Shown piece by piece: positions 13,201 through 25,063 of a DNA stretch of 64,000 bases. The stretch lies in the NCBI GenBank assembly GCA_032718475.1, contig JAUCBJ010005143.1, positions 1 through 64,000 of the forward strand, given 5' to 3'. The position numbers and the translations under genes were made by a program. How positions within the stretch are numbered: the first letter of the stretch is position 1; each line of letters opens with the position of its first letter. The stretch comes from Nemertoderma westbladi. Taxonomy: Eukaryota; Animalia; Xenacoelomorpha. Below the pieces are notes generated by a model. That model searched no databases, was not told the origin of the DNA, and saw only the letters and a program-made list of their open reading frames with translations.

Positions 13201-16200
13201 TGAGAAATGGCAACTATGTTAGTTTGTGTAAGAAATGGCAACTACGTTAGTTTGTGTGAGAAATGGTAACTAGGATAGTTTGTGTGAGAAATGTTAACTA
13301 GGTTAGTTTGTATGAGAATTTTTAACTATGTTAGTTTGTGTGAGAAATGTCAACTATGTTAGTTTGTGTAAGAAATGGCAACTACGTTAGTTTGTGTGAG
13401 AAATGGTAACTAGGATAGTTTGTGTGAGAAATGTTAACTAGGTTAGTTTGTATGAGAATTTTTAACTATGTTAGTTTGTGTGAGAAATGGCAACTATGTT
13501 AGTTTGTGTAAGAAATGGCAACTACGTTAGTTTGTGTGAGAAATGGTAACTAGGATAGTTTGTGTGAGAAATGTTAACTAGGTTAGTTTGTATGAGAATT
13601 TTTAACTATGTTAGTTTGTGTGAGAAATGGCAACTATGTTAGTTTGTGTAAGAAATGGCAACTACGTTAGTTTGTGTGAGAAATGGTAACTAGGATAGTT
13701 TGTGTGAGAAATGTTAACTAGGTTAGTTTGTATGAGAATTTTTAACTATGTTAGTTTGTGTGAGAAATGGCAACTACGTTAGTTTGTGTGAGAAATGGCA
13801 ACTAGGTTAGTTTATGTGAGAAATGGCAACTAGGTTAGTTTATGTGGGAAATGTTAACTAGATTAGTTTGTGTGGGAAATGTTAACTATGTTAGTTTGTG
13901 TGAGAAATGGCAACTATGTTAGTTTGTGTAAGAAATGGCAACTACGTTAGTTTGTGTGAGAAATGGTAACTAGGATAGTTTGTGTGAGAAATGTTAACTA
14001 GGTTAGTTTGTATGAGAATTTTTAACTATGTTAGTTTGTGTGAGAAATGTCAACTATGTTAGTTTGTGTGAGAAATGGCAACTACGTTAGTTTGTGTGAG
14101 AAATGGTAACTAGGATAGTTTGTGTGAGAAATGTTAACTAGGTTAGTTTGTATGAGAATTTTTAACTATGTTAGTTTGTGTGAGAAATGGCAACTATGTT
14201 AGTTTGTGTAAGAAATGGCAACTACGTTAGTTTGTGTGAGAAATGGTAACTAGGATAGTTTGTGTGAGAAATGTTAACTAGGTTAGTTTGTATGAGAATT
14301 TTTAACTATGTTAGTTTGTGTGAGAAATGGCAACTATGTTAGTTTGTGTAAGAAATGGCAACTACGTTAGTTTGTGTGAGAAATGGTAACTAGGATAGTT
14401 TGTGTGAGAAATGTTAACTAGGTTAGTTTGTATGAGAATTTTTAACTATGTTAGTTTGTGTGAGAAATGGCAACTATGTTAGTTTGTGTAAGAAATGGCA
14501 ACTACGTTAGTTTGTGTGAGAAATGGTAACTAGGATAGTTTGTGTGAGAAATGTTAACTAGGTTAGTTTGTATGAGAATTTTTATCTATGTTAGTTTGTG
14601 TGAGAAATGGCAACTATGTTAGTTTGTGTAAGAAATGGCAACTACGTTAGTTTATGTGAGAAATGGTAACTAGGATAGTTTGTGTGAGAAATGTTAACTA
14701 GGTTAGTTTGTATGAGAATTTGTAACTATGTTAGTTTGTGTGAGAAATGGCAACTACGTTAGTTTGTGTGAGAAATGGCAACTAGGTTAGTTTATGTGAG
14801 AAATGGCAACTAGGTTAGTTTGTGTGGGAAATGTTAACTAGATTAGTTTGTGTGGGAAATGTTAACTATGTTAGTTTGTGTGAGAAATGGCAACTATGTT
14901 AGTTTGTGTAAGAAATGGCAACTACGTTAGTTTGTGTGAGAAATGGTAACTAGGATAGTTTGTGTGAGAAATGTTAACTAGGTTAGTTTGTATGAGAATT
15001 TTTAACTATGTTAGTTTGTGTGAGAAATGTCAACTATGTTAGTTTGTGTAAGAAATGTCAACTACGTTAGTTTGTGTGAGAAATGGTAACTAGGATAGTT
15101 TGTGTGAGAAATGTTAACTAGGTTAGTTTGTATGAGAATTTTTAACTATGTTAGTTTGTGTGAGAAATGGCAACTATGTTAGTTTGTGTAAGAAATGGCA
15201 ACTACGTTAGTTTGTGTGAGAAATGGTAACTAGGATAGTTTGTGTGAGAAATGTTAACTAGGTTAGTTTGTATGAGAATTATTAACTATGTTAGTTTGTG
15301 TGAGAAATGTCAACTATGTTAGTTTGTGTAAGAAATGGCAACTACGTTAGTTTGTGTGAGAAATGGTAACTAGGATAGTTTGTGTGAGAAATGTTAACTA
15401 GGTTAGTTTGTATGAGAATTTTTAACTATGTTAGTTTGTGTGAGAAATGTCAACTATGTTAGTTTGTGTGAGAAATGGTAACTAGGATAGTTTGTGTGAG
15501 AAATGTTAACTAGGTTAGTTTGTATGAGAATTTTTAACTATGTTAGTTTGTGTGAGAAATGTCAACTATGTTAGTTTGTGTGAGAAATGGTAACTAGGAT
15601 AGTTTGTGTGAGAAATGTTAACTAGGTTAGTTTGTATGGGAATTTTTAACTATGTTAGTTTGTGTGAGAAATGGTAACTAGGTTAGTTTGTATGAGAATT
15701 TTTAACTATGTTAGTTTGTGTGAGAAATGTTAACTAGGTTAGTTTATATGATAATTTTTAACTATGTTAGTTTGTGTGAGAAATGTTAACTAGGTTAGTT
15801 TGTATGAGAATTTTTAACTATGTTAGTTTGTGTGAGAAATGTTAACTAGGTTAGTTTGTATGAGAATTTTTAACTATGTTAGTTTGTGTAAGAAATGTCA
15901 ACTATGTTAGTTTGTGTAAGAAATGGCAACTACGTTAGTTTGTGTGAGAAATGGTAACTAGGATAGTTTGTGTGAGAAATGTTAACTAGGTTAGTTTGTA
16001 TGAGAATTTTTAACTATGTTAGTTTGTGTGAGAAATGGCAACTATGTTAGTTTGTGTAAGAAATGGCAACTACGTTAGTTTGTGTGAGAAATGGTAACTA
16101 GGATAGTTTGTGTGAGAAATGTTAACTAGGTTAGTTTGTATGAGAATTTTTAACTATGTTAGTTTGTGTGAGAAATGTCAACTATGTTAGTTTGTGTAAG

Positions 16201-16635
16201 AAATGGCAACTACGTTAGTTTGTGTGAGAAATGGTAACTAGGATAGTTTGTGTGAGAAATGTTAACTAGGTTAGTTTGTATGAGAATTTTTAACTATGTT
16301 AGTTTGTGTGAGAAATGTCAACTATGTTAGTTTGTGTGAGAAATGGTAACTAGGATAGTTTGTGTGAGAAATGTTAACTAGGTTAGTTTGTATGAGAATT
16401 TTTAACTATGTTAGTTTGTGTGAGAAATGTCAACTATGTTAGTTTGTGTGAGAAATGGTAACTAGGATAGTTTGTGTGAGAAATGTTAACTAGGTTAGTT
16501 TGTATGAGAATTTTTAACTATGTTAGTTTGTGTGAGAAATGGCAACTATGTTAGTTTGTGTAAGAAATGGCAACTACGTTAGTTTGTGTGAGAAATGGTA
16601 ACTAGGATAGTTTGTGTGAGAAATGTTAACTAGGT
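10235..16635. repeat. Satellite block 2 of the 28-bp family, about 228 units, mostly a 5-unit (140-bp) higher-order repeat
   Basis: GGTAACTAGGATAG recurs at 10241, 10381, 10521 and 10661 (period 140). Confidence 0.97.
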
Positions 16636-19567
16636 GGGATAAATATTTCTCCATTTGACGCAACACCGCCGCGGCCGCTATGAGGGAGGTGAATACCGCG
16701 GCCGCTCCTAAAGCCGCAGGCCATCGCTAACTATATAGGTTAACTTGGGATTCTGGGGGAATTTTCGATGAAGGAACAGACCAAATTTTTTTATTTTCTC
16801 ACCAGGGGAGCGGCTCGGAATTCTAAGATATTAGCAACTCTAACATTATTAAATCTAACCCTTCGACGGACACGGCGGACAAAAATCCGTCATTTTTTCG
16901 ACAATTTTAAAATTTTTTTGAAAGGCGCTCTACAGTGGCTCGAAAAAACCCTAGGTTATTGCTTAGCCGACGCCGGGATACGATAGAAGGGATTAATTAG
17001 TGAATTCGTTTTTTTTTTCAAAAAATATTACCACGCCTTTTTTCCGAAAATGTCCGTCAAAGTTGAAAAAACGGACAAAATGACTTTGCGGGATCCGCTA
17101 TAACTCGGCTAATATTAATCTTACGGGGACGAAAGTAACGCGGTTGGAAAGGGGAAGAGTGGTACTACCTTCGTATCGAATGGGGGTAAGATATTTATTA
17201 AAATTTCGGGTGGAAAAAGGGGCTGTAAATTTGTACGTTTTTGTCCGTCTTTTTTGGAAAACTTATTTCCGAAATGTTTAATTCGACAACGCGGGTAGGA
17301 ATCCACTAATTCTTTTATGAAACTCGTAGAAGACCATTGGGGCTACGTTCCTATCGAATGGGGGTACAAAAAATATGTCGGCAATAGGGGCCAAAAAGGG
17401 CCAGAATTTGTAAAGTAGTTTTTATCGAATAATTTTTTATTTTTAACTTTAGTTGGTTAAGGTACATTCTATACAGTCAATATCCATACGGGGAATTCAA
17501 ATATGCTATCGGTTTTGCTCCAAGGATGATATTAAAAAAATGAGGGCCAAAATTATAATTTCGCGCTTCAAACTTGCTTCGCGGGAAATCGTCTAGCTCG
17601 AAAACTACTTAACTTACGGGAGATTTGTTTGCACAGACTTATAGTGCGTTAAATTATCTATCTAACAGCGTTAATCACAGCGCCGGAGGTATTATAAAAC
17701 TGGAGCGGCAGGCGATCGTGTGAAATATAATATTTATAAAAAGAGACGAAAATTTTTTTTTTTTAACAAATCGCTATTCCATTATAATTTAGCGTATTGC
17801 GCCAAAAGTACCTGTAAAAAGTACCAAATTAACTCCGCTATCTTTTATCTTAACATATATAATTAAAATTACGAATTTTAAGGGTCGAAAAATATCGCGT
17901 TATTTTGGCCCTTTTTTTCAATTTTTTTGGGGCCAAAAATAACCCCTTCTCAAAAGATTAAGAAAAAAATTACGGCAAAGAATATACCAATTTTATTGAA
18001 TTTGGACCACCAGAACCGAAGTTAGAGCGATTTTAGTGAAAAAATAAAAATAATTTTTTTTGCAAAAAAATTAAGAATGGTCAGGTCAATATTGGATTTC
18101 GAACCCGCGAACTTAGGTTTCATTAACGTGATTGATAACCACTAGACTATGTGACCAAGAGAATTTGAAATTTTCGAGTGACTATTTTTAAACATAAATA
18201 ACTTCGGTTCTACAGGGCCGTTTAATCTGAAACTTTTTTCATTGGATAGAGGATAGATTGTAGTGTGTGAAATAGGATAAAACTTGGGAAAAGACTTATG
18301 TGCACTTAGTGCAAAATGCACTTAAATAGTGAACATTTTTTCGATATTTCAAACACTGTTATTTCCAGTTCTATTCATCGAAGAATGTTATTTTTTGGAT
18401 TAAAATGTAGTTTGGAATGATTTCTAACTATAATAGTAACATTTGTTTAACTTTTTATGTCTATAAAGTGACTTAAAAATGTCCATGAATATGGTCCAAA
18501 ATCGCAAATCCAGATTTATTAAATTGGATTTTTGACACTTTTAGCGACTGACACTTGATCATACACCATCGTAGATCGGTAGAGGATAAACATAAGTTTG
18601 TTAAATAAGAGCCACCATTACGATCTGCTAAAGTGCATTTGTACAAATAAGTGTGAAAAAGTGCAAATTTTTTAATAAGGTCAAATCATATAGTATTGGG
18701 TTCTTTTCTTTGCATATACTTTATTTTCATATTAATATGTTGTTTGAACCTTACTGAGCGCATTAGGGGATATGCGTACAAATAACCGGCCCTTATGAGG
18801 CTTCGATTGGGTAAATTAATAAAACATAAGGTTGTATAGTATAATATTCTAAAAACCAGTGTGATATTAAATGCACTTTAAATAATAAATAGAGATCAAA
18901 TAACAATTGGACCACACAATTAAAAACTCGCACAATTTTGTACTTATTATATCGCTTCAAATTAATTTAACAGCGGATATTTGGGGGAAGGGGGAAGTTA
19001 CAGTGTGCATTCGGGGGAAGTTTGGTGAACTGCATTTATGCAGTGAATCCAAACTTCCCCCTTTGATATATCATATACTTAAGACATGCTAGGGTGACGG
19101 GGAAATATTTGTTACTGTCACACTTTGCTTCCATTTATCCTATCCTTTATTATTACCCCAGTCAGATAAGAGATAATAAATCAGTAAAAACTAAACTAAA
19201 CTGTCTTTCATGCAAACAAATTTCTAACTAAAGACGGGTGAATGACCATGACCATGGAAATAATTTTAAATATAATTGTATATCAACTATTTGGGGAGGC
19301 TTCCAAGTTAAACCCGAAAACAATTATTTTGTTACATATATAGTAAATAACGTTGTATGTTCTTCTTCCTCTCATAATAAAATATAAATGAAATATCTCA
19401 GATAGCTATGCCCTGTAACATTTCACAACCAAAATATTTAAGTGTGAAAAGTGTAGGCCTACCACACTCCGCCCAAACAACCGCAAACGCATAGCCAACA
19501 AATTTAACAAAAGGTTACATACATGTTGGGTTCATGACGAGATGAGTGAAAATTGATCGCGTAATAT
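16636..19567. repeat. About 2.9-kb non-coding interspersed element, copy 2
   Basis: Same left junction AACTAGGT|GGGATAAATATT as copy 1, offset 9336 bp. Shared sequence ends at GATCGCGTAATAT. Confidence 0.85.
18078..18157 (-). pseudogene. Degenerate tRNA-like / SINE head in copy 2 of the 2.9-kb element
   Basis: Minus strand TAGTCTAGTGG ... GCGGGTTCGAAATCC, the paralog of 8749-8823. Confidence 0.5.
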
Positions 19568-19662
19568 AAAGTAAAAAATTAAGAGACGGGCTGGCTCTCC
19601 TCCACTTTCTTACCCAATGGATATGTTGTTGTAATAATCTAATATTGGGGCGGCTTTCTCTC

Positions 19663-19970
19663 GGTTAGTTTGTATGAGAATTTTTAACTATGTTAGTTTG
19701 TGTGAGAAATGGCAACTATGTTAGTTTGTGTAAGAAAGGGCAACTACGTTAGTTTGTGTGAGAAATGGTAACTAGGATAGTTTGTGTGAGAAATGTTAAC
19801 TAGGTTAGTTTGTATGAGAATTTTTAACTATGTTAGTTTGTGTGAGAAATGGCAACTAGTGAGTTTATGTGAGAAATGGCAACTACGTTAGTTTATGTGA
19901 GAAATGGCACCTAGGTTTGTTTGTATGAGAAATTTCACTTAGGTTAGTTTATGTGAGAAATGGCAACTAA
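19663..19970. repeat. Satellite block 3 of the 28-bp family, about 11 units
   Basis: Same units as block 2, degenerating at the right end. Confidence 0.93.
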
Positions 19971-19989
19971 ATGAAATGACTGGGGAAGA

Positions 19990-20790
19990 TCACCATGGGT
20001 GATCTTCCACAGTAAACCCTTCCATTCTGTTTCCTAAAGGGATGCCTGTTCACGACCATGGGTGATCATCCACAGTAAACCCTTCCACTCTGTTTCCTAA
20101 AGGAGTGCCTGTTCACCACCATGGGTGATCTTCCACAGTAAACCCTTCCACTATGTTTCCTAAATGACTGCCTGTTCACCACCATGGGTGATCTTCCACA
20201 GTAAATCCTTCCACTTTGTTTCCTAAAGGAATGCCTGTTCACCACCATGGGTGATCTTCCACAGTAAACCCTTCCATTCTGTTTCCTAAAGGGATGCCTG
20301 TTCACCACCATGGGTGATCTTCCATAGTAAACCCTTCCACTCTGTTTCCTAAAGGAATGCCTGTTCACCACCATGGGTGATCTTCCACAGTAAACCCTTC
20401 CACTCTGTATCCTAAAGGAATACCTGTTCACCACCATGGGTGATCTTCCATAGTAAACCCTTCCATTCTGTTTCCTAAAGGGATGCCTGTTCACGACCAT
20501 GGGTGATCATCCACAATAAACCCTTCCACTCTATTTCCTAAAGGAGTGCCTGTTCACCACCATGGGTGATCTTCCACAGTAAACCCTTCCACTCTGTTTC
20601 CTAAAGGAATGCCTGTTCACCACCATGGGTGATCTTCCACAGTAAACCCTTCCACTCTGTTTCCTAAAGGAATGCCTGTTCACCACCATGGGTGATCTTC
20701 CACAGTAAACCCTTCCATTCTGTTTCCTAAAGGAATGCCTGTTCACCACCATGGGTGATCTTCCACAGTAAACTCTGCTATTCTGTTTCC
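19990..20790. repeat. Minisatellite, 63-bp unit CACCATGGGTGATCTTCCACAGTAAACCCTTCCACTCTGTTTCCTAAAGGAATGCCTGTTCAC, about 13 copies
   Basis: Period 63, reflected in the 21-aa periodic ORFs on the minus strand. Confidence 0.96.
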
Positions 20791-20942
20791 TTGGTATCGG
20801 TCTGTAAAGTAGGAATACCAGGGTACAGATATTTTACATTTATTTATTATAATATTTAAATGCTATAAATATTAATAAAACAGCAGCTACTGCATTCTAT
20901 TTGTAATTATATTATAATAAATTGGGATTTGTATTCCATTAG

Positions 20943-21018
20943 GAGCGGCGTTTCTACCTGCTAGTGTTTCCTACCTAATCAGTACGAATCTTAACGGTTT
21001 CTTATCCCATCAGGGAAG
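20943..21018 (+). CDS. Vmat: VMAT/SLC18A-like internal exon C (76 nt)
   Basis: Acceptor gtattccattag| and donor aag|gtgagg. Translates (G)AAFLPASVSYLISTNLNGFLSHQG(R), matching TM8 AFLPASxSYLIxTN. Phase 1 in, phase 2 out. Confidence 0.93.
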
Positions 21019-21276
21019 GTGAGGCCGTCGTCCGTCACACTCATGTTGCTCTCGATTGTTGTTTTTGTTTTCTGTTGTCAGTTTATTTATTGAATGGAAT
21101 GAACTGAATGGAATGCCACGACTTTATTACGACTTTATGCCACGACTTTATTCAATGCCATAATTGCCCGATATATATTATTTTTGTGATAATGTGTCTC
21201 GGATTAATTTACATCTTTATTATATAATGTTATATGACAATATGATAATGCTCTTCCATAGCAAAAAACATATCAA

Positions 21277-21368
21277 TCGACCCAATTGGGGCTCGAACCC
21301 GGTACCTAGGTTTCTAACTTCCGGTTATCTTCAGCCGGGTGAGTGTGCTGAGCTACCAGGACGGTTGA
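21277..21368 (-). mobile_element. tRNA-derived SINE-like head
   Basis: Minus strand GGTAGCTCAG (A box-like) and CCGGGTTCGAGCCC (B box). No complete cloverleaf. Confidence 0.45.
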
Positions 21369-21540
21369 CGAATTCGCTATGGAGTGTGATATCATATTTA
21401 GGCCAACTAATCACTCAAAGGAAAGTAGAACGTTATTCCCGTGCTCTGCCAGAAATGGCAACCATGCCTCAAAGAATAACTATTATACAGTGTTGTAGAA
21501 ACCACTGTAACCCCGTATGCCAGGCCCAGGCTGTCAATTC

Positions 21541-24240
21541 GTGGTTAATATACTGGTTGCAGGGTGACGGGGTTAATATACTGGTGGCAGTGTGGCGTGG
21601 TTAATATACATTCTGGCAGTGTGGCGTGGTTAATATACTGGTGGCAGTGTGGCGTGGTTAATATACTGGTGGCAGTGTGGCGTGGTTAATATACTGGTGG
21701 CAGTGTGGCGTGGTTAATATATTGGTGGCAGTGTGGCGTGGTTAATATACTGGTTGCAGTGTGACGGGGTTAATATACTGGTGGCAGTGTGGCGTGGTTA
21801 ATATATTGGTGGTAGTGTGGTGTGGTTAATATACTGGTGGTAGTGTGGCGTGGTTAATATACTGGTGGTAGTGTGGCGTGGTTAATATACTGGTGGCAGT
21901 GTGCAGTGGTTAATATACTGGTGTGTGTGTGGCGTGGTTATTATACTGGTTGCAGTGTGACGGGGTTAATATACTGGTAGCAGTGTGGCGTGGTTAATAT
22001 ATTTGTGGTAGTGTGGTGTGGTTAATATATTGGTGGCAGTGTGGCGTGGTTAATATACTGGTTGCAGTGTGACGGGGTTAATATACTGGTGGCAGTGTGG
22101 CGTGGGTAATATATTGGTGGTAGTGTGGTGTGGTTAATAAATTGGTGGCAGTGTGGCGTGGTTAATACTGGTTGCAGTGTGACGGGGTTAATATACTGGT
22201 GGCAGTGTGGCGTGGTTAATTAATGTACTGGTGGCAGTGTGGCGTGGTTAATATATTGATGGCAGTGTGGCGTGGTTAATATACTGGTTGCAGTGTGACG
22301 GGGTTAATATACTGGTGGCAGTGTGGCGTGGTTAATGTACTGGTGGCAGTGTGGCGTGGTTAATATTTTGATGGCAGTGTGGCGTGGTTAATATACTGGT
22401 TGCTGTGTGACGGGGTTAATATGCAGGTGGCAGTGTGGCGTGGTTAATATAATGGTGGCAGTGTGGCGTGGTTAATATACTGGTGGCAGTGTGGCGTGGT
22501 TAATATATTGGTGGCAGTGTGGCGTGGTTAATATACTGGTGGTAGTGTGACGTGGTTAATATACTGGTGGCAGTGTGGCGTGATTAATATATTCGTGGTA
22601 GTGTGGCGTGGTTTATATTGGTGGCAGTGTGGCGTGGTTAAGATTTTGGTTGCAGTGTGACGGGGTTAATATACTGGTGGCAGTGTGGCGTGGTTAATAT
22701 ACTGATGGCAGTGTAACGTGGTTAATATACTGGTGGCAGTGTGTCGTGTTTAATATACTGGTGGTAGTGTGGCGTGGATAATATACGGGTGGCAGTGTGG
22801 CGTGGTTAATATACTGGTGGCAGTGTGGCGTGGTTAATATAGTGGTGGCAGTGTGGCGTGGTTTATATACTGGTGGCAGTGTGGCGTGGTTAATATACTG
22901 GTGGCAGTGTGGCGTGGTTAATATATTGGTGGTAGTGTGGTGTGGTTAATATACTGGTGGTAGTGTGGCGTGGTTAATATACTGGTGGTAGTGTGGCGTG
23001 GTTAATATATTTGTGGTAGTGTGGTGTGGTTAATATATTGGTGGCAGTGTGGCGTGGTTAATATACTGGTTGCAGTGTGACGGGGTTAATATACTGGTGG
23101 CAGTGTGGCGTGGGTAATATATTGGTGGTAGTGTGGTGTGGTTAATAAATTGGTGGCAGTGTGGCGTGGTTAATACTGGTTGCAGTGTGACGGGGTTAAT
23201 ATACTGGTGGCAGTGTGGCGTGGTTAATTAATGTACTGGTGGCAGTGTGGCGTGGTTAATATATTGATGGCAGTGTGGCGTGGTTAATATACTGGTTGCA
23301 GTGTGACGGGGTTAATATACTGGTGGCAGTGTGGCGTGGTTAATGTACTGGTGGCAGTGTGGCGTGGTTAATATTTTGATGGCAGTGTGGCGTGGTTAAT
23401 ATACTGGTTGCTGTGTGACGGGGTTAATATGCAGGTGGCAGTGTGGCGTGGTTAATATAATGGTGGCAGTGTGGCGTGGTTAATATACTGGTGGCAGTGT
23501 GGCGTGGTTAATATATTGGTGGCAGTGTGGCGTGGTTAATATACTGGTGGTAGTGTGACGTGGTTAATATACTGGTGGCAGTGTGGCGTGATTAATATAT
23601 TCGTGGTAGTGTGGCGTGGTTTATATTGGTGGCAGTGTGGCGTGGTTAAGATTTTGGTTGCAGTGTGACGGGGTTAATATACTGGTGGCAGTGTGGCGTG
23701 GTTAATATACTGATGGCAGTGTAACGTGGTTAATATACTGGTGGCAGTGTGTCGTGTTTAATATACTGGTGGTAGTGTGGCGTGGATAATATACGGGTGG
23801 CAGTGTGGCGTGGTTAATATACTGGTGGCAGTGTGGCGTGGTTAATATAGTGGTGGCAGTGTGGCGTGGTTTATATACTGGTGGCAGTGTGGCGTGGTTA
23901 ATATACTGGTGGCAGTGTGGCGTGGTTAATATACTGGTGGCATGTGGCGTTGTTAATATACCATGTCGCACTATGGCACCATGTCACACCGCCACACTGG
24001 TGGCAGTTGGGTGTGGTTAATATACTGGTGGCCGTGTGGCGTGGTTAATATACTGGTGGTGGTGTGGCGTGGTTAATATACTGGTGGCAGTGTGGCGTGG
24101 TTAATATACCATGTCGCACTATGACACCATGTCACACCGCCACACTGGTGGCAGTTTGGCGTGGTTAATATACTGGTGGCAGTGTGGCGTGGTTAATATA
24201 CTGGTGGCGGTGTGGCGTGGTTAATATACTGGTGGCAGTT
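21541..24240. repeat. GT-rich minisatellite, 28-bp unit GTGGCGTGGTTAATATACTGGTGGCAGT, about 95 copies
   Basis: Period 28, moderately diverged. Unrelated to the other 28-mer. Confidence 0.97.
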
Positions 24241-24885
24241 TTTTGCCACCAACAATTTTTTCTGTCTTCTCCATTGTGTGTTGGTTGTTCAGGTTTTATT
24301 TTTGTAATTGTTCCACAGTTTGGCTGTCAGCTGGGTAGCCGAACAATAACCATTGGCATAACAACCTATGATTGTTTATTCATTTCAGTGGCTTGTTACA
24401 TTCTCTTGCTGTGATGTGGGTCGAAGTCTATGTGAGCGGAATAATTAGTGGGCCGTCTGTCTTCGTGGTCTTTGTTTATATTTTTTAAACGCTTATAAGT
24501 CTGACAATATTTTATGATTGGAACCAAAGTTCGTACAGACAGAGACGGACTTCTATTGTTCCCCTTTCTGCCGCTAGGTGCGTGTCACATACGGTTGTTA
24601 ACAATGTTGAACTATTTTGGTTAGAAAATACTATGTTCAACAACAGTGAATACTTTAGCAAAATATTCATTGTTAAAACATATCAGGTAACTTTTAATAA
24701 TCACATGAGTTGATTCAGTTCAAGTAAAATAATGTAATAATAAAAAATATGATAATAACTCATCATTTCTAATAATTAAATGCTTGAGTTAATACAATTA
24801 TTTTATTATTTAATTGTCAAGCTGAAGTAAAAAACCTTACCGGTAGGTATGCCAGTACAGTACGATACAAATACTAAAATAAAAA

Positions 24886-24983
24886 AGCAACTGACCATTA
24901 GACGTTGCATGCAATCAGTAATCAGCTGACGGCTGTCAGCTGATCAGTAGGTTTCGCCCCAATGGGGGCTTTCTCAAGTAGCT
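24886..24983 (-). ncRNA. Hammerhead-ribozyme-like motif (type I) of a Penelope-like element
   Basis: Minus strand AGCTAC-TTGAGAA-A-GCCCC CATT GGGGC-GAAACC...GGTC-AGTTGCT gives a core with a U3-A8 variant and extra A, a perfect 5-bp stem II, GAAA and a GUC triplet. It lies about 80 nt downstream of the GIY-YIG stop on the same strand. Confidence 0.6.
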
Positions 24984-25063
24984 AGTGCTAGAAAGGAGAC
25001 AATAGATAGAAGTTCCCAAGGGAGACGGGACGGTAAAGTGAAACAAGGTAGAAGTGTATCCGT

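Noticed and set aside
7432-19092. Short ORFs in the 2.9-kb element (7432-7650, 9429-9846, 16768-16986, 17121-17306, 18907-19092)
   Set aside because: No recognisable domains. Apparent conservation merely reflects the DNA duplication, and one ORF is truncated in the second copy.
19646-19670. GGGGCGGCTTTCTC resembles the start of exon C (GAAF) and is followed by GTTAGT
   Set aside because: The match is only about 12 nt, there is no AG acceptor immediately upstream, and the frame does not continue as LPAS. Probably chance.
20066-20752. Minus-strand ORFs with 21-aa repeats
   Set aside because: By-product of a 63-bp unit divisible by three. Broken by stops, no family resemblance.
21164-24414. 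ORFs overlapping the GT-rich 28-mer, and a Chi-like ACTGGTGG in the unit
   Set aside because: The ORFs are repeat translations. The Chi match is 7/8, and Chi is a bacterial RecBCD signal with no established role here.
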